Below, piece by piece: positions 18,420-27,821 of a stretch of DNA of 64,000 nucleotides (positions are counted from its first letter, which is position 1; every line of letters starts with the position of its first letter). The position numbers and the translations under genes are program-made. The notes below the pieces were generated by a model. It saw only the letters and a program-made list of their open reading frames with translations. It searched no databases and was not told the origin of the DNA. This DNA is from Acidimicrobiia bacterium (GTDB taxonomy: Bacteria > Actinomycetota > Acidimicrobiia > Acidimicrobiales > UBA8592): assembly GCA_030431575.1 (NCBI GenBank), contig JAUIIS010000002.1, forward strand, positions 3,589-67,588, read 5' to 3'.

Positions 18420-19097
18420 ATGGATGCCGCCACCAACAGCTTCAACCAGCTCGTAGCCGATCGAGTGGGCAAGATCCGCCAGCTCATCGACACCCATGCC
18501 ACCCGACCCTGCAAGCTGGTGGCGGTCACCAAGCGTTTTGGGCCCACCGCATGCGCCGCCGCGATGGCCGCAGGTGTAGACGACCTCGGCGAGAACTACG
18601 CCCAAGAACTCGCCCAAAAAGCAGGTGAGGTGTCGGCGCTTGCATGCGGTGAGCCAACCTGGCACTTCATTGGCCATCTGCAACGCAACAAGGTCAAGCT
18701 GATTGCTCCCCACGTGACGCTTTGGCAGACCGTTGATTCCGAACGTCTTGGCACCGAGATCGCAAAACGCCAACCAGGCGCTCGCGTCCTGATCCAACTC
18801 AACACATCGGGCGCCGAGACCCAGAGTGGGCTCGACATCGAGGCTGCGCCTCAGCTAGTGGATGTCCTGCGCTCCACCGGGCTCGACGTCGCCGGGTTCA
18901 TGACCATTGGCACCATGGGCGACATCGATGCCAGCGCGACGCAGTTCAGAGAGGTGCGTCGGCTGGCCGACGACCTTGGTATGAACGAGTGCTCGATGGG
19001 TATGAGCGCAGACATGGTCGAAGCCCTCAAGGCTGGCTCAACCATGGTCCGGGTTGGAACGGCCATCTTTGGGGCTCGGCCCGACAACGCGCGTTAA
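18420..19097 (+). CDS. yggS: YggS-family pyridoxal-phosphate homeostasis protein
   Basis: LVAVTKRF (PLP lysine), GENYAQE, WHFIGHLQRNKVK, SMGMSAD and VRVGTAIFG. ATG 18420 follows the pgeF stop. Confidence 0.88.
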   Translation: MDAATNSFNQLVADRVGKIRQLIDTHATRPCKLVAVTKRFGPTACAAAMAAGVDDLGENYAQELAQKAGEVSALACGEPTWHFIGHLQRNKVKLIAPHVTLWQTVDSERLGTEIAKRQPGARVLIQLNTSGAETQSGLDIEAAPQLVDVLRSTGLDVAGFMTIGTMGDIDASATQFREVRRLADDLGMNECSMGMSADMVEALKAGSTMVRVGTAIFGARPDNAR

Positions 19098-19237
19098 CCG
19101 CACTTTGTGTCTTGACGGCTTAGCTATCACAGGCATGAGCGGTGCGTTCTTGTGCCAGTCCAGCAATGTGAGTACCTAACCAACGGCCCGAGCCTCTATG
19201 CTGTGGCAACGCCGAGCGGCTTTCCCCAGGAGTTGTC

Positions 19238-19801
19238 ATGCCATCGATGTTCAAGAAAGCGATGCTTTACCTTGGCTTGGGCAGTGACGAAGATTTTCAA
19301 GCCCTAGACCAACAGAGCGCAGACGCCTACGAGCGGGTCCGAGCCGTCGACCCCGCCGGTCGCGTTGTGCAGCCCCAAGTCGAAACTCAGCCAGAGCCGG
19401 TGGGCCCTGTAGATCCTGAGACCGATATTGTGCGCCCAACCCCAAGTGCTGTGCGTCCCTTGCCAGCCGACGAAGTCCCTGCGTCAGCCAGGCGGCCCTC
19501 GGTTGTTCGGCCCATAGCGGCATCGAAGTCGACCAAGCCCCACGTGGTGTCACCGCACTCGTTCAACGATGCGCAAGAAGTGGCTGATAAGTTCAAGCAA
19601 CTCAAGCCCGTCATCGTCAACCTGCAAAATGCAGATCGAGACCTCACCCGCCGGCTCATCGACTTCTCAAGCGGCCTTTGCTACGGCGTCGGCGGCGCCA
19701 TGAAGAAGGTCGCCGACCACGTGTACATGCTTACACCGGCCGATGTCGAGGTTTCTGCAGAAGAGCGAGCGCGCCTCCAAGAGGCTGGCCTTCACGACTA
19801 G
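19238..19801 (+). CDS. sepF: cell division protein SepF
   Basis: N-terminal amphipathic MFKKAMLYLGL and the C-terminal SepF domain (PHSFNDAQEVADKFKQLKPVIVNLQNADRDLTRRLIDFSSGLCYG). AGGAG lies 5 nt upstream. Confidence 0.9.
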   Translation: MPSMFKKAMLYLGLGSDEDFQALDQQSADAYERVRAVDPAGRVVQPQVETQPEPVGPVDPETDIVRPTPSAVRPLPADEVPASARRPSVVRPIAASKSTKPHVVSPHSFNDAQEVADKFKQLKPVIVNLQNADRDLTRRLIDFSSGLCYGVGGAMKKVADHVYMLTPADVEVSAEERARLQEAGLHD

Positions 19802-20041
19802 CAGGATGCTGAAATGCTCCAGCGCCGCCAGAACGACCATGCATCAGCCCACGCTGCGTCCACCTCACCCGCCATTCCGCTGACAAGGAGTGCCGGATTC
19901 GGCGTCCTTGCGTGGACGGCGCCTGGCCGCCCTGACGGCACCGCCGAACTTCAGCACCCTGCTAGCAGGATGGCTCTGCCGGCGGTGGCCACTGGCGTTG
20001 GGTCGTTCCCTCGCGACAGGCAGCGCACTACTGTTGGTTAG

Positions 20042-21556
20042 ATGGCAACACCAGCGAGCGAAAACACTGCCGTGACCGCGGACGACGTCCTGAATGTGCA
20101 GTTCACCCACATTCGCAAGGGTGGCTACGACACCCAGGAGGTCGATGCCTTTCTCGACCGTGTGGCCCAGACCCTCGATGTCAACGCCGACCGGCTCCCT
20201 GTGGGGTCCATGACCGGCGCCGATGTCCGTGCGGTTCAGTTCACCCAGGTCAAGAAAGGCGGCTACGACACCCAAGAGGTCGACAACTTCCTCGACCAAG
20301 TGGTGGCTCTCATGACCGCGCCCGTTCGCCCCGCCCCACCAGTCGACGCCGCTCCTGATGGGTCGGCCAGTGTGCCCGCCTCTGCCGGCGCGGTCGACCT
20401 CGGCTTTGACGACTTGGTCGGAGAACCTCCCGCCGCCGTTGCGCCGACGCCTATACCTGTTACCGAACCCGCCCCAAGCCCGGTTGCTCCTGCCCCAACG
20501 CCGGTGGCCCAACCCGTACAAGCCGCCGATCCCGTTGTGGCCTCAGCGCCGCAACTTCACGATCCCGGCGGGGCAGCTCAGAAGTTGCTGGCTGCCGCAC
20601 AGCAGACCGCCGACATCCTCACGGTTGAAGCCGAGACAGCAAAGCGCGAAGCCGACGAGTACGCGCTAGCAACACGAACCGAAGCCGACGAGCATGCGGC
20701 GCGGGTTACCGCGACTGCCGAGACCCAGGCTGCGGCTATCCGTGAGGTGGCTGCCGAGGAAGCGCGCCGCATGGCCGAGGAAGCACGCGCCGCCGTTGTC
20801 GACGACATTGCGGCGCTAGAGGCTCAAAAGCTTGAGCTGTCCGGCACCATTAGCGAACTCGAGTCTGTGGTCGCGGCCGAACGCTCCGAGCTCTTGGCTG
20901 CTATCGACGCCCTCCGAGATCGGGTCGCTGCAGAGCTACCCAGCGCTGCCAATCACGCTGCACCGGGCGACGAGTTCGACGACGACGCCGAAATCGTCGA
21001 ATCCATCGAGGAAGAGGTCGACGCGGCGTTCTCGGCCGAGCCACTCGACACCGACATGGCACCCACCGAACCAGCAGCGGTTGCCGCCGAGCCCGAGCCG
21101 GTGGCTGTTGAGCCAGAGCCGGTAGTCGACGAGCCCGAGCCCGAGCCGGTGGCTGTTGAGCCAGAGCCGGTTGTCGAGGCGTCGGAGGCTGTGCCAGACG
21201 CGGCAGCCGAAGCAAGCCGCTCCGTGTTTGACCTGGTGGAAGACACCGCAGCCGAAGCCGACACTGACTGGATCGATCAAGATCTTCCGGGCACGGCCGA
21301 ACCAACGTCTGAAGCTGCATCAGGAAGCTTGTTCGATATCGAAGCCGACCCCGACTGGCAAGATGCCAAGGGTGGCACCCAACCAGGAGGCTCAGGCGAA
21401 TCGTTCTTTGACGAGCTACGCCAAGCCGACAACGAAGGCGGCTTTGGCCCTCTCGACGATGACACCGACGCAGCACTCTCGGCGTTCTTCGAAGGCGACG
21501 AGCCCGACAGCCAGAACGGTCGTTGGCGTGACCGTTTCGGGCCAACCAATTCCTAA
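20042..21556 (+). CDS. divIVA: DivIVA/Wag31-like protein with duplicated N-terminal DivIVA domain and acidic repeat-rich C-terminus
   Basis: Two copies of the DivIVA N-domain signature: VQFTHIRKGGYDTQEVDAFLDRV and VQFTQVKKGGYDTQEVDNFLDQV. A long Ala/Glu coiled coil follows, then an acidic Pro/Glu-rich tail; 504 aa. It sits at the canonical position after sepF. Confidence 0.85.
   Translation: MATPASENTAVTADDVLNVQFTHIRKGGYDTQEVDAFLDRVAQTLDVNADRLPVGSMTGADVRAVQFTQVKKGGYDTQEVDNFLDQVVALMTAPVRPAPPVDAAPDGSASVPASAGAVDLGFDDLVGEPPAAVAPTPIPVTEPAPSPVAPAPTPVAQPVQAADPVVASAPQLHDPGGAAQKLLAAAQQTADILTVEAETAKREADEYALATRTEADEHAARVTATAETQAAAIREVAAEEARRMAEEARAAVVDDIAALEAQKLELSGTISELESVVAAERSELLAAIDALRDRVAAELPSAANHAAPGDEFDDDAEIVESIEEEVDAAFSAEPLDTDMAPTEPAAVAAEPEPVAVEPEPVVDEPEPEPVAVEPEPVVEASEAVPDAAAEASRSVFDLVEDTAAEADTDWIDQDLPGTAEPTSEAASGSLFDIEADPDWQDAKGGTQPGGSGESFFDELRQADNEGGFGPLDDDTDAALSAFFEGDEPDSQNGRWRDRFGPTNS
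21089..21184 (+). repeat. 48-bp tandem duplication inside divIVA (encodes EPEPVAVEPEPVV)
   Basis: 21089-21123 is identical to 21137-21171 (gagcccgagccggtggctgttgagccagagccggt). The units diverge only near their ends. Confidence 0.85.
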
Positions 21557-21571
21557 CCCCGAGGTCGTCGC

Positions 21572-24500
21572 TTAGACGGCCTGAAGACGGACCCCCGCAG
21601 TAACGCCATCCACGGTGGCCTCGTGTGCGGCGAGGTGCGAGGGAGCAGCGGCAAACGCAATCGAGTCGGCCAGGACCTGGTCGGCCACGTAGCCTTGATG
21701 AGTCCGAACGGCTTCGGCCACCTTCTCGTTGACTTCGAGCCATACGCTGATTCGGTCGGTGATAACCAGTGCCTCGGTCTTTCGAGCCTCTTGAATCATG
21801 CGCACGACGTCGCGGGCGATGCCCTCGGCCTCAAGCTCGGGCGTGGTGTGGACGTCGAGAACCACCACCGCGTCGTTCCCAGGTAGGGCCCCAGCGGCAA
21901 CGCCTTCAGGCGCTTGCAGGGCGAGCTCGAATTCGCCTTCGCTAAGTTCGTGCTCACCCACAACAACGGTGCCGTCGTCGCGTTGGGTCCATTCACCGCG
22001 TTTGGCTGCCCCAAACACCTCCTGAACAGCGCCACCCAGCCTGGGTCCGAGCACCTTGCCGTCGGGGCGCAACACAAAGCTTGCGTGCGCAGCGAGGTCT
22101 TCGCTGAAGGACACTTCTTTGACGTTGACTTCGTCGGTGACCAGGTGCTTCAGCGAGGCAAGCTCGGCTGTGTCGCGTCCAGCGATGGTCAGGTTCGGCA
22201 GCGGAAGGCGTACCCGCAGGCCCTGGTCTTCGCGGAGGCGAAGCGCAGTGGACACCACATCGCGCGTGCGGTCCATGGCGCGAACGAGAGACGCGTCCTC
22301 AGGGAAGCTGTCGGCCTCGGGCCAATCGGTTAGGTGGACGCTCTTGTCGCCAGTTAGGCCCACGTAGATCTCGTCCATGATCATGGGCAAGAACGGTGCG
22401 GTCACCTGGCTCAGCGTGCACAAGACGGTGTAAAGGGTGTCGTACGCATCGCGTTTGTCATCGGGGTTGGCCGTGGCTGCTGGTGCCCAGAAGCGGTCGC
22501 GACTGCGGCGGATGTACCAGTTGTTGAGCGCGTCGATGAACTGCTGGATTTCAGTGGTTGCCCCGGGAAGGTCGTAGGCATCCATGCGTTGGGTTACCGA
22601 GACCACAAGTTCCTGGGTCTTGGCCAAGATGTATCGGTCCAACAAGCCTTGCGCATCTGTGCGGAAGGTGGCCTGGGCGTTGTCTGCGTTGGCATACAAC
22701 GTGAAGAACGAGAAGGCGTTCCAAATGGGGGTGATGACCTGGCGGACTACGTCGTCGATGCCTTGGTCGCTGATCCTGGTGTCGCCGCCGCGCACGATGT
22801 TGGTTGACATCAGGTACCAGCGGAGCGCGTCGGCGCCCTGCCTCTGAAAGATCTCTTCGGGTTCGGTGTAGTTGCGCAGTCGCTTGGAAAGTTTTGCTCC
22901 GTCGTCGGCTAGCAAGATGCCGTGGCAGATGACATTGGAGAATGCAGGACGGTCAAAGATGGCACCGGCCAGCACGTGGAGCGTGTAGAACCAGCCGCGT
23001 GTATGGTTGATGTATTCGACGATGAAGTCGGCGGGGTAGTGGTTGTCGAACCAGTCCTTGTTCTCGAACGGGTAGTGCACCTGCGCGTAGGGCATAGAGC
23101 CGGATTCAAACCAGCAATCGAGGACTTCGTCGACGCGCCGCATAGTTGACTTGCCCGTGGGGTCGTCGGGATTAGGGCGCGTGAGCTCGTCGATGAACGG
23201 CCGGTGGAGATCGGTGGGCCTCACCCCGAAGTCAGCCTCGATTTCGTCGAGGCTGCCGTAGGCATCGGTGCGCGGGTACTGAGGGTCGTCGCTGCGCCAG
23301 ACAGGGATGGGCGAGCCCCAGAACCGGTTGCGGCTGATGGACCAGTCGCGTGCGCCGTCGAGCCACATGCCGAATCGGCCGTCGCGTACGTGGTCTGGAA
23401 CCCAGTTGATCTCCTGGTTGAGTTCGAGAAGCCGGTCGCGGATGGCGGTGACTTCCACGTACCAGGACGAGATGGCCTTGTAGATGATTGGGGTGTCGGT
23501 GCGCCAGCAGTGGGGATAGTTGTGCTCGTAGGTGTCGTGGCGGAGGACCCGACCGGTGTCCTTGAGGTGCTTGATGATGCCTGGGTTGGCTTCGAATACG
23601 TTCTGGCCGGCCCATTCGGGCACGTCGCTGGTGAAGCGCCCCTGGTCGTCGACCGGTACCGCTTTGCCAATGGCGATCCCGTTCGCCTCGCAGACGGTCT
23701 GATCGTCTTCGCCAAACCCGGGGGCCATGTGCACCACACCGGTGCCTTCGGAGGTATCGACGAACTCGGCCTCAAGGACCCGGAACGCGTCGTCGCGATC
23801 GGCAAAGTACCGAAACAGTGGGGTGTAGGTCCGACCGACGAGTTCGGAGCCGCTAACAACGGCCACGGGCTCGACCTCACCAACCTGAGGAGCATACTTT
23901 TGCAGCGCCTCGAGGCCCAGGACCACATAGTGGTCGTCTTGGGCGACGATGGCGTACTGGATGTCGGGGCCAACGGCGAGCGCAAGGTTGGAAGGCAGTG
24001 TCCACGGCGTTGTCGTCCACGCCAGGATGCGCAACGGCCCAGGGTCTCCTGGTGCTGGGGTGAGGTCGAAAGCCACCGTGAGGGCCGGGTCTTGGCGTGG
24101 CCGGGTGGCGTCATCGAGACGGATCTCGAAGTTGGAAAGCGGGGTCTCTGCACCCCAGCTGTAGGGCATGACGCGGTAGGCCTCGTAGATGAGACCCTTG
24201 TCCCACAGCTGCTTGAAGGCCCACATGACCGACTCCATGTAGTCGATGTCCATGGTCTTGTAGTCGTTCTCGAAGTCGACCCAACGGGCCTGGCGAGTAA
24301 CGGTTGCTTCCCACTCTTTCGTGTAGCGCAGCACAGACGAGCGGCAATGTTCGTTGAAGGTCGCAATTCCGAGATGCTGGATTGCGGCCCGACCGGATAA
24401 ACCCAGCTCGCGTTCGGTTTCCATTTCGGCTGGGAGGCCGTGGCAGTCCCAGCCAAAACGGCGGTCTACGCGTTTACCGCGCATGGCCTGGTAGCGGGGC

Positions 24501-24724
24501 ACCACATCTTTGACGTAGCCGGTGAGGAGGTGGCCATGGTGGGGGAGGCCATTGGCAAAGGGCGGTCCGTCGTAGAAGACGAATTCGTTATCTGGGTCGC
24601 GTTGGGTGATGCTCTCGGTGAAGGTGTTGTTTGCTTCCCAGGAGGCAAGAATGCGCTGTTCGATCGCGGGAAGGTCGGGCTTAGGGTCGATTGTGGGGTA
24701 GCGCCGGGGGGTATCGTCGCTCAT
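21572..24724 (-). CDS. ileS: isoleucine--tRNA ligase
   Basis: 1050 aa with a HIGH-type motif ([16 protein letters not shown]), KMSKS-type KLSKRLRN and a CP1 editing insertion. It is convergent with divIVA. Confidence 0.97.
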   Translation of the reverse strand: MSDDTPRRYPTIDPKPDLPAIEQRILASWEANNTFTESITQRDPDNEFVFYDGPPFANGLPHHGHLLTGYVKDVVPRYQAMRGKRVDRRFGWDCHGLPAEMETERELGLSGRAAIQHLGIATFNEHCRSSVLRYTKEWEATVTRQARWVDFENDYKTMDIDYMESVMWAFKQLWDKGLIYEAYRVMPYSWGAETPLSNFEIRLDDATRPRQDPALTVAFDLTPAPGDPGPLRILAWTTTPWTLPSNLALAVGPDIQYAIVAQDDHYVVLGLEALQKYAPQVGEVEPVAVVSGSELVGRTYTPLFRYFADRDDAFRVLEAEFVDTSEGTGVVHMAPGFGEDDQTVCEANGIAIGKAVPVDDQGRFTSDVPEWAGQNVFEANPGIIKHLKDTGRVLRHDTYEHNYPHCWRTDTPIIYKAISSWYVEVTAIRDRLLELNQEINWVPDHVRDGRFGMWLDGARDWSISRNRFWGSPIPVWRSDDPQYPRTDAYGSLDEIEADFGVRPTDLHRPFIDELTRPNPDDPTGKSTMRRVDEVLDCWFESGSMPYAQVHYPFENKDWFDNHYPADFIVEYINHTRGWFYTLHVLAGAIFDRPAFSNVICHGILLADDGAKLSKRLRNYTEPEEIFQRQGADALRWYLMSTNIVRGGDTRISDQGIDDVVRQVITPIWNAFSFFTLYANADNAQATFRTDAQGLLDRYILAKTQELVVSVTQRMDAYDLPGATTEIQQFIDALNNWYIRRSRDRFWAPAATANPDDKRDAYDTLYTVLCTLSQVTAPFLPMIMDEIYVGLTGDKSVHLTDWPEADSFPEDASLVRAMDRTRDVVSTALRLREDQGLRVRLPLPNLTIAGRDTAELASLKHLVTDEVNVKEVSFSEDLAAHASFVLRPDGKVLGPRLGGAVQEVFGAAKRGEWTQRDDGTVVVGEHELSEGEFELALQAPEGVAAGALPGNDAVVVLDVHTTPELEAEGIARDVVRMIQEARKTEALVITDRISVWLEVNEKVAEAVRTHQGYVADQVLADSIAFAAAPSHLAAHEATVDGVTAGVRLQAV

Positions 24725-25098
24725 GGTCCTTCTCGCAGTGGTGGAGGGTCAAACAGCTTGTCCAGGCTACTGCGGCAACCCTGAGGTACGACGCAATATC
24801 GGCCTATGGCGGCTGAACCCGGCAAGGGGCGTCGATCAGTGGTTGGCGGTTGGACGCTATGCCCGAGATGGGCGGTGGGAATAGGTGCCAGCCCGCGGCT
24901 GTTGCAGCTCTCTGACCGGCTAAGGTGCCGGTCCGCAACCGGCGAAGGAACCCGGGCTACACTCCGGCGGTCTGGGACTGAACACGTCAGCAACTCACTC
25001 GGTGATGTCGCCCACCAGGCAACACCGCAGAGACGCAATACTGTAGTGATGGGTCTCAAACGAGGCGTTGGGTAGCGTCCAAACCGAGAGCGAGAACC

Positions 25099-25689
25099 AT
25101 GGCCAAGGCGGCGAAGAAGCCAGCAAAGACCAATAAGGCGGCGGCAAAGAAGTCGCCTGCCAAAAAATCCCCAGCCAAGAAGGCGACTACCAAGAAGCCT
25201 GCGGCCAAGAAGGTTGCACCCAAGAAGGCTGCAGCGAAGAAATCCCCCAAGAAAGCCCAGGCGTCAAAGCGCTCTGGGTCCAAACCTCCCGTGAAGAAAA
25301 CGCCTGTGAAACCTGCATTCGACAAGAAGTTCCTGGACGAGATGCGCAAGTCGCTTATCGAAGAGCGGTCGCGTTATGTCCATTCTGCGGAAACGCTCAA
25401 AGCCGAGGCCGATGCCATGGTCGAGAGCCGCGAACCCGGAGACGTTCAGTTCGACGAAGAGTCTGGCGAGGGCGACACGCTGGCTGTCGAACGTGAACGC
25501 GACCTCGCTCTCAGCGCCCAGGCCCGCGCCGCAGTCGATGAGATTGACGCAGCTTTGGCTCGTCTCGACAATGGCACCTACGGCATCTGCGTGGGTTCAG
25601 GTAAGCCGATCCCGAAGGAGCGGCTGCGCGCCATCCCTTGGGCCACCGAGCGTGTGGAGTACAAAGCCGGTGGCTTCGGTCTCCGCTAG
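25099..25689 (+). CDS. DksA/TraR-family regulator with N-terminal Lys/Ala/Pro-rich histone-like tail
   Basis: N-terminal ~75 aa is [48 protein letters not shown]. The C-terminus is DksA-like: a coiled coil with DEESGEGD, then [31 protein letters not shown] with only one Cys (non-zinc type). It sits upstream of lspA, as in other actinobacteria. Confidence 0.85.
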   Translation: MAKAAKKPAKTNKAAAKKSPAKKSPAKKATTKKPAAKKVAPKKAAAKKSPKKAQASKRSGSKPPVKKTPVKPAFDKKFLDEMRKSLIEERSRYVHSAETLKAEADAMVESREPGDVQFDEESGEGDTLAVERERDLALSAQARAAVDEIDAALARLDNGTYGICVGSGKPIPKERLRAIPWATERVEYKAGGFGLR

Positions 25690-26323
25690 ACCAGCCGACG
25701 CTGGCGCTTCAAGCGAGGACGCCGACAACAGCAGGCCCGCAGCCAGCGACCACGCGCCCGCGGTCAGGTTTGGCCCTGCGCTCAGGTTCCTCTTTCCCGT
25801 CACGTTGGTGGTGTTGGTGTTCGACCAGCTCACCAAGATCTGGGCGGTCGACCGGCTCGGTGATGGCGACGTCATCGACCTGTTTTGGACCGCTCGATTC
25901 AACCTTGTGTACAACGAGGGCGCCGCGTTCAGCGTGGGTTCGCAGTTCACCATCTTCATTTCCATTGCTGCCATCGTGATCTCCGTCGGCGTGATTGCGT
26001 TCAGCCCACGGGTGCATGAGCCCAGTGTTTTGGCGGCTATGGGCCTGGTTCTCGGCGGCGCATTGGGCAACCTCATCGACCGCATCGTGCGCGACGGCAA
26101 CGGCTTCTTGCGTGGAGCCGTCGTGGACTTCATCGACTTCCAGTGGTGGCCAGTGTTCAACATCGCCGACATTGCCATCGTGTGTGGGGGGATTCTGCTC
26201 GTCTTCTTGGTGTCCGAACGCTCCAAAACGCCAACCACGGTCGACGCTCAGTCGGCTCAGGCCAAGCCAGGCGCAGATAGCGTCGGCACCGTTGGCGCTG
26301 ACCCCACCGACACATCCTTGTAA
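25670..26323 (+). CDS. lspA: signal peptidase II (lipoprotein signal peptidase)
   Basis: FDQLTKIWAV, NLVYNEGAAFS, GGALGNLIDR and VVDFIDFQWWPVFNIADIAI. The ORF-track start at 25376 lies inside the DksA-like gene. In-frame GTG at 25670 or 25652 is more likely. The start is uncertain. Confidence 0.85.
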   Translation: MASVSARPADAGASSEDADNSRPAASDHAPAVRFGPALRFLFPVTLVVLVFDQLTKIWAVDRLGDGDVIDLFWTARFNLVYNEGAAFSVGSQFTIFISIAAIVISVGVIAFSPRVHEPSVLAAMGLVLGGALGNLIDRIVRDGNGFLRGAVVDFIDFQWWPVFNIADIAIVCGGILLVFLVSERSKTPTTVDAQSAQAKPGADSVGTVGADPTDTSL

Positions 26324-26361
26324 TCGCCCGCTAGGGCACCTAGACAACGCTCGGAATCCCC

Positions 26362-27279
26362 ATGATTGAAGAGACGGTCCCTGAGGCTCTGGCCAACGAG
26401 CGCATCGACCGAGTGGTGGCCTTCATCACGGGTTGCACCCGTTCTGAGGCCACAGCGCTTATTGCCGCCGGCGGAGCGCGGCGCAATGGTCGAGCGGTCA
26501 AGAAGGGGTCCGAGCGCGTCGCTGTCGACGACGTGGTCCTCATCGACGACGACGCGTTCGTTGACAAGCCATTGCCCCAGCCCGACAGCTCGGTATCTGT
26601 CGATGTCGTGTATGAAGACGACGACGTTTTGGTGGTCAACAAGCCCGCCGGATTAGTGGTGCACCCAGGATCTGGGACCACTGCCCACACCTTGGTCAAC
26701 GGCCTGTTGGCCGCCTATCCAGATATCGCTGGCGTCGGCGAAGATGACCGTCCTGGCATTGTGCACCGCATAGACAAGGGGACCTCTGGACTGTTGATGG
26801 TGGCCCGCAACGAGGCTGCTCGGGCGTCGCTGAGCGATCAGTTGGCTCACCGAAGCGTCGAGCGCATGTATCTGGCCGTCGTGTGGGGTCACATCGACAG
26901 CGACCAAGGCATCATTGATGCTCCATTGGGTCGAGACCGGCGTTTGGCTACCCGCATGGCGGTGGTGGCCGATGGCCGCGACGCCCGTACCGGTTACGAG
27001 GTGGTCCGTCGTGCCAGCGAGCCGGCCGATGTCACCGTGGTTGAGTGCCGTCTCGAGACGGGCCGGACCCACCAGATCCGCGTCCATATGGCTGCGATTG
27101 GTCACCCCATCGTTGGCGACGAAACTTACCGAGGGGCACGAGACGCCATCGTGTTTGGTCGCCCAGCGCTGCACGCAGCCGTCCTTGGATTCGAGCATCC
27201 TGTCACCGACCAGTTCCTTCGCTTCGAGGTACCGCCGCCGCCCGACATGGCGACGTTACTTGCCCAACTGACCAAGTAG
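26362..27279 (+). CDS. rluD: RluA-family 23S rRNA pseudouridine synthase (RluD-like)
   Basis: S4-like N-terminus, VVNKPAGLVVHPG and the catalytic HRIDKGTSGLLMVARN, plus GRTHQIRVH. Confidence 0.9.
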   Translation: MIEETVPEALANERIDRVVAFITGCTRSEATALIAAGGARRNGRAVKKGSERVAVDDVVLIDDDAFVDKPLPQPDSSVSVDVVYEDDDVLVVNKPAGLVVHPGSGTTAHTLVNGLLAAYPDIAGVGEDDRPGIVHRIDKGTSGLLMVARNEAARASLSDQLAHRSVERMYLAVVWGHIDSDQGIIDAPLGRDRRLATRMAVVADGRDARTGYEVVRRASEPADVTVVECRLETGRTHQIRVHMAAIGHPIVGDETYRGARDAIVFGRPALHAAVLGFEHPVTDQFLRFEVPPPPDMATLLAQLTK

Positions 27280-27283
27280 GACG

Positions 27284-27721
27284 CTAGGTAGCGGGCCAGG
27301 TCTGGTTGCCTCGTGCCATGGAAGCAATGTCTGAGAGCCGGTAACTCTCGAGCAGCTTTCGCATCTGGTCCCCAGCATGGGCCCACACCGCAAGCAGCAC
27401 ACATTGGCCCTCGTGGTCGCAGGCGCCGTCGGTGTGCGGTTCGGCAAAGTCGCCGGCCACAATGGGACCGTCGACAGCCGAGACGATCTGGCTGAGCAAG
27501 ATCTCGTCGGGTGGACGGGCCAAGAAGTAGCCGCCGCTGACCCCGCGCTTGGATTTCACGAGGCCGGCGCCTTTTAGCGCAAGCAGGATTTGTTCGAGAT
27601 AGGGCTGAGGGAGGCCAGTGCGTTCGGCAATGTCGCGCACCGACATGGGCAAAGACGCCTCGTGTAGTGCGAGGCACAGGAGCGCGCGGCTGGCGTAGTC
27701 GCCTCGGGTAGAGACCTTCAT
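27284..27721 (-). CDS. Rrf2-family transcriptional regulator
   Basis: MKVSTRGDYASRALLCLA and a wHTH (SVRDIAERTGLPQPYLEQILLALKGAGLVKSKRGVSGGYFLARPP). There is a Cys/His patch HTDGACDHEGQC. Confidence 0.88.
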   Translation of the reverse strand: MKVSTRGDYASRALLCLALHEASLPMSVRDIAERTGLPQPYLEQILLALKGAGLVKSKRGVSGGYFLARPPDEILLSQIVSAVDGPIVAGDFAEPHTDGACDHEGQCVLLAVWAHAGDQMRKLLESYRLSDIASMARGNQTWPAT

Positions 27722-27821
27722 TGGTCTCCACCCTACTGCCCATTGGCCGCTCAGGAGTCCTGCCCAGAAAGGTTTGCCGAACGCCGCAATGTCGCACCCC
27801 AGCGCCTACTAATGTCGCCCT

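Noticed and set aside
19798-19972. 11-nt direct repeat ctagcaggatg at 19798-19808 and 19962-19972.
   Set aside because: It is a single short repeat pair with no associated structure or mobile-element features. It is compatible with chance in a 64-kb window.
19814-20041. 75-aa ORF at the position where yggT is expected.
   Set aside because: It has no hydrophobic segments and a non-coding-like composition, so it is not YggT.
21060-21190. Repetitive EPEPV-coding DNA considered as a possible CRISPR-like or minisatellite array.
   Set aside because: There are only two units, in frame inside divIVA, with no spacers. It is a simple intragenic tandem duplication.
24725-25098. Possible T-box riboswitch in the 374-nt region upstream of ileS. 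Actinobacterial ileS genes are known to have translational T-box leaders.
   Set aside because: On the ileS strand I find only fragments: AGAGAG, GGGCUGGCACC instead of GGGUGGUACC, and several AUC triplets. The T-box-like fragment lies about 190 nt from the start codon. No anti-SD/SD sequestrator or terminator helix can be built next to it. The call is not supportable by eye. A cmsearch with the Rfam T-box model would decide.
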